Part shown: positions 60,821 through 64,000 of the stretch, piece after piece
Position numbering within the stretch: position 1 is the stretch's first letter
Layout: every line of letters begins with the position of its first letter
Assembly (NCBI GenBank): GCA_007120745.1
Contig: SKNC01000040.1
Span: forward strand, 3 to 64,002
From: Bacillota bacterium
GTDB taxonomy: Bacteria > Bacillota > Dethiobacteria > SKNC01
Reading direction: 5' to 3'
DNA length: 64,000 nucleotides
Notes under the pieces: generated by a model
What the model was told of the DNA's origin: nothing
Databases searched by the model: none
The model's input: the letters and a program-made list of their open reading frames with translations, nothing else
Made by a program: the position numbers and the translations under genes

Positions 60821-61918
60821 TTATACATTGAAACGAAACTGTATCACATCACCGTCCTGAACCATGTAATCTTTGCCCTCCAGTCGCATCAGCCCCTTTT
60901 CCCGGGCCTTAGCAAAAGAGCCCTCCCGTTCCAGTGTTTGAAAAGGGATTACCTCTGCCCGGATAAAACCCCTTTCCATGTCGGTATGAATTTTACCCGC
61001 GGCTTTTACCGCCCGGGTCCCCTGGGGCAGTGTCCATGCCCGGGTTTCTTTTCCCTTGGCGGTAAAGAAAGTAATGAGATGTAAAAGCCGGAAGCTGGAG
61101 GTAATCAGCTCATCCAGCCCGGAACGGGACCATCCCAGTTCCTCTAAAAACTCCTGCTTTTCCTCCGGAGAAAAATCCTTTAGCTCCCCTTCCATTCCAG
61201 CACTTATAAGTAAAACTTCGGCGCTTTCGTCCCCTAAAGTGTCCCTCAGTTCCCTTTTGAGGCTCTGCCGCTCCGGCTCAGGCAGGTCCTCGTCTACATT
61301 AAAAATGTACATTACCGGCTTTGCCGTCAGCAGAAAAAGTTCCTGCAGCACGTGGCTTCCTTTTTCAGTTCTTGTAAAATCCCGGGCCCTGCCCTCCTGG
61401 TTCAGATGTTCCTCCAGCATCTCCAGAAAAGAAACTTCCTCTTTAACCCGGGGATCCCCGGTTTTCAACATTTTAGAGGTCCTTTCCCGCCGGTTTTTTA
61501 CCGTTTCCAGGTCCGCCATAATCAGCTCATAATCAATCACTGCCAGGTCCTCCTGCCAGTTTTCTGTTCCGGCGGCATGAGCCACGTTGGGATCGCTGAA
61601 ATGCCTCAGGACATGAATCAGGGCATCCACCTCTCGGATATTGGCCAAAAACTGGTTGCCCAAACCCTCCCCCCGGCTGGCCCCCTTGACCAAACCCGCC
61701 ACATCCACAAATTCTATATGGTTGGGGGTAATCTTTTCCGCTCCAGCAATTTCTGCAACCTTTTCCAGCCGGGGGTCCGGAACAGACACCCGGCCCACAT
61801 TTGGCTGAATGGTACAGAAGGGATAGCTGGCTGCCTCCGCTTCCAGGCAGGTCAGGGCGTTAAAAAGCGTGGTTTTCCCTACGTTGGGGAGGCCAATAAT
61901 TCCGCACTTAAAAGACAA
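60821..61918 (-). CDS. ychF: Redox-regulated ATPase YchF
   Basis: GLPNVGKTTLFN, YPFCTIQPN, DVAGLVKGASRGEGLGNQFL, GKIHTDMERGFIRAE. Confidence 0.98.
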   Translation of the reverse strand: MSFKCGIIGLPNVGKTTLFNALTCLEAEAASYPFCTIQPNVGRVSVPDPRLEKVAEIAGAEKITPNHIEFVDVAGLVKGASRGEGLGNQFLANIREVDALIHVLRHFSDPNVAHAAGTENWQEDLAVIDYELIMADLETVKNRRERTSKMLKTGDPRVKEEVSFLEMLEEHLNQEGRARDFTRTEKGSHVLQELFLLTAKPVMYIFNVDEDLPEPERQSLKRELRDTLGDESAEVLLISAGMEGELKDFSPEEKQEFLEELGWSRSGLDELITSSFRLLHLITFFTAKGKETRAWTLPQGTRAVKAAGKIHTDMERGFIRAEVIPFQTLEREGSFAKAREKGLMRLEGKDYMVQDGDVIQFRFNV

Positions 61919-61974
61919 TGTCCACCATCCTTTCTTCAGAAACTGCTGTCATGAACAATTTTAGGAAATCCACT

Positions 61975-62160
61975 TTACGTTTCCCTTTCCACAATTTTTC
62001 GGGCGCTTTTTTGGAACTTAGAACGGGGAAGCATGATGCTTCTGCCGCAGCGGGTACATTTAATGCGGAAGTCCATTCCCACCCGGAGAATTTCCCAGCG
62101 GCTGCTGCCGCAGGGATGAGTTTTTTTCATTTCTACAATCTGTCCCACTTCATAGTCCAT
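61975..62160 (-). CDS. DUF951 family small protein
   Basis: VEMKKTHPCGSSRWEILRVGMDFRIKCTRCGR. Confidence 0.92.
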   Translation of the reverse strand: MDYEVGQIVEMKKTHPCGSSRWEILRVGMDFRIKCTRCGRSIMLPRSKFQKSARKIVERET

Positions 62161-62349
62161 AGCCGCACTGTCCTCTGACGGGCTGCGGGAACTTTACCTG
62201 TTTAATGCGCTGAATTCCCGGAGCCTGAAGCTCTTACAAGCGTAATCAGAGATAACTCCTTTCTGATAAAATACGGTGGTGTCAGATTTACTACGGTCAA
62301 ATAATTTTTTTAATGTAGAGGAAACGGAACAGGAGTTCGGTGTATCCAT

Positions 62350-62378
62350 ATTATACATGGTTTGGGATATGCTGTCAA
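62350..62378 (-). promoter_or_regulatory. Consensus sigmaA promoter upstream of DUF951-ychF
   Basis: TTGACA-N17-TATAAT, exact match. Confidence 0.85.
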
Positions 62379-62470
62379 TTATAATTTTGCCTTTTAAAAA
62401 AATTTTTATCTTTTTATTTTTCTCATTATCCTGTTTGTCCCAAATATCTTGTTTGTCCTGTTTATCCTTT

Positions 62471-63358
62471 TTATTCTTTTTTTAATTCCCCTTCATGATT
62501 GGGTGAATCCAATTCGTGACGCTGATAAATCACCCTGCGGGGATAAGGTATCTCTATGTTTTCCTGGTCAAACCTGTCTTTAATGGCTTTTCGCAATTTT
62601 CTTTCAATGCTCCACTGCTCCATGGGTTCGGTATAGGCAACCACCCGGATGGTGATTCCGGAGTCCGCCAGAGCAACAACTCCCAGCACTATGGGACCCT
62701 GCTTTACCTGGCTAAAGGCTTGGGAAAACTCTTCGGCTGCTTCCATCAAAACCTGCTCTACCCTTCCCAGATCTTCCTCATAGGCCACATCCACATCCAC
62801 CATGGCTCTCATGTTGCCTGTGTTGTGATTGGTCACCACTTCAATTCTGCCGTTAGGAATGATGTGCTGCTCTCCCGAAAAATCCCTGAGCCTTGTAGTT
62901 CTCAATCCAACCTCCTCCACAACCCCGGAATAACTGCCGGCGGTTATATAGTCCCCTACGGACAGCTGTCCTTCAATGATCAGGAAAAAACCGCTGAGAA
63001 TATCAGAAATTAAGCTCTGGGCCCCAAAACCCACCGCCAGCCCTAGAATCCCTGCACTGGCCAAAATGGGAGTGTAGTCAATATTTAGTTCCCAGAGCAC
63101 CATGATTACAAAGATAAAGAAGATAAAATAGCGGAAAACACTTTTAATCAGGGCTTTTAAGGTATATAGCTTGGCAGGGGCCAGGGTAAATCTGCCTTCT
63201 CTTTCTATAAATATTTTTTCTATGGCCACATACCCCAATCGCAGCACAAAATATGCCATGAGGGCTATGATAAGTATTTTCATCAGAACAAATACCGGCG
63301 CCATTACTTCCTGCTCTAAGGGGATGTACTGATCAAGGGCTTCTAAAATAGAGTGCAT
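62471..63358 (-). CDS. mscS: Small-conductance mechanosensitive channel family protein
   Basis: SAGILGLAVGFGAQSLISD..SG, VGDY, VGLRTT, IPNG, EIPYP. Confidence 0.93.
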   Translation of the reverse strand: MHSILEALDQYIPLEQEVMAPVFVLMKILIIALMAYFVLRLGYVAIEKIFIEREGRFTLAPAKLYTLKALIKSVFRYFIFFIFVIMVLWELNIDYTPILASAGILGLAVGFGAQSLISDILSGFFLIIEGQLSVGDYITAGSYSGVVEEVGLRTTRLRDFSGEQHIIPNGRIEVVTNHNTGNMRAMVDVDVAYEEDLGRVEQVLMEAAEEFSQAFSQVKQGPIVLGVVALADSGITIRVVAYTEPMEQWSIERKLRKAIKDRFDQENIEIPYPRRVIYQRHELDSPNHEGELKKE

Positions 63359-63468
63359 ATCTATGCTCCTTTCAGGACTTTCTTTACATTGCTCAACGTA
63401 TAACAGCGCCGACCCATTCCGGACCGGCGCTATTCTATTCTTATAAAAATCATTATGTGCTTATACTA

Positions 63469-64000
63469 TTATATTTTACCCAGGGCTGCGATTATTTCAT
63501 TCAACACGGCTTTCATATCCTGGTTTCCGTTTATATTGATAAGAATGCCCTTTTTGGTGTAATAATCAATCAAAGGAGCGGTTTGAGAGTGATATACCTC
63601 CAGCCTTTCTTTGGCTGTCTCAACGGTGTCGTCGTCCCTCTGGTACAGTTCTCCACCGCAGCTGTCACAAACATTTCGTACTTTCGGAGGTTTAAACTTT
63701 ACGTGGAAGCTGGCTCCACACCCTTTGCACATTCTTCGGCCGGTCAGTCTGTCCACCAGTTCTTCATCGGGAACATCAATGTTGATGACTCCGTCAATTT
63801 TGATGCCCATGTGCTCCACTACTTTGTCCAGGGCCTCTGCCTGGTTGGCGTTCCGGGGAAATCCGTCCAGAAGGAAACCTTTGCTGGTATCCGGCTTGCG
63901 AAGCCTCTCGGTAACCACACCTACTACGATTTCATCGGGCACCAGCTGTCCCTGATCCATGTACCCCTTGGCTTTTAAGCCCATCTCCGTTCCTTCCCGT
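63469..64000 (-). CDS. adk: Adenylate kinase (5' end cut by window edge)
   Basis: GQLVPDE, FLLDGFPR, Zn-LID CKGC...CDSC, QRDDD; the frame stays open to the edge (REGTEMGLKAK). Confidence 0.95.
   Translation of the reverse strand, partial: REGTEMGLKAKGYMDQGQLVPDEIVVGVVTERLRKPDTSKGFLLDGFPRNANQAEALDKVVEHMGIKIDGVINIDVPDEELVDRLTGRRMCKGCGASFHVKFKPPKVRNVCDSCGGELYQRDDDTVETAKERLEVYHSQTAPLIDYYTKKGILININGNQDMKAVLNEIIAALGKI

Overview
A 64-kb, mostly core-genome window from a spore-forming Firmicute (clostridial-type gene content and order). Nearly all genes lie on the minus strand, consistent with one replichore near oriC. Read in the direction of transcription (right to left): adk (cut by the edge), mscS, DUF951, ychF, rpsF-ssb-rpsR, rplI, lonC, replicative helicase, purA, tRNA-Glu, an M23 hydrolase, walRK-yycHI, murA, htrA, rlmH, glnA, pbpG-like, pdaD-speE-speB, pyrG, sppA, spo0F, fba-tal-glpX, rho, rpmE, prfA-prmC, sigG-spoIIR, tsaC, ywlE, rpiB, glyA and the start of the atp operon, whose c subunit has a Na+-type signature. 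The main accessory block (about 7.8-19.7 kb) holds larBCE without larA, nikR, a Na/Pi symporter, rubrerythrin and nifS-metY-metA. No transposase, integrase, prophage or CRISPR array was found. The most notable observations are: (1) a SigG-like sigma factor 7 bp upstream of spoIIR behind a sigmaF-type promoter; (2) the orphan nickel-pincer module; (3) a glnA leader with promoter, GlnR-like box and terminator; (4) a WalR-type box facing a terminator; (5) a REP-like palindrome cluster; (6) an AlpA-like HTH protein of unknown function. All calls come from motif recognition and synteny by eye; no database search was run.
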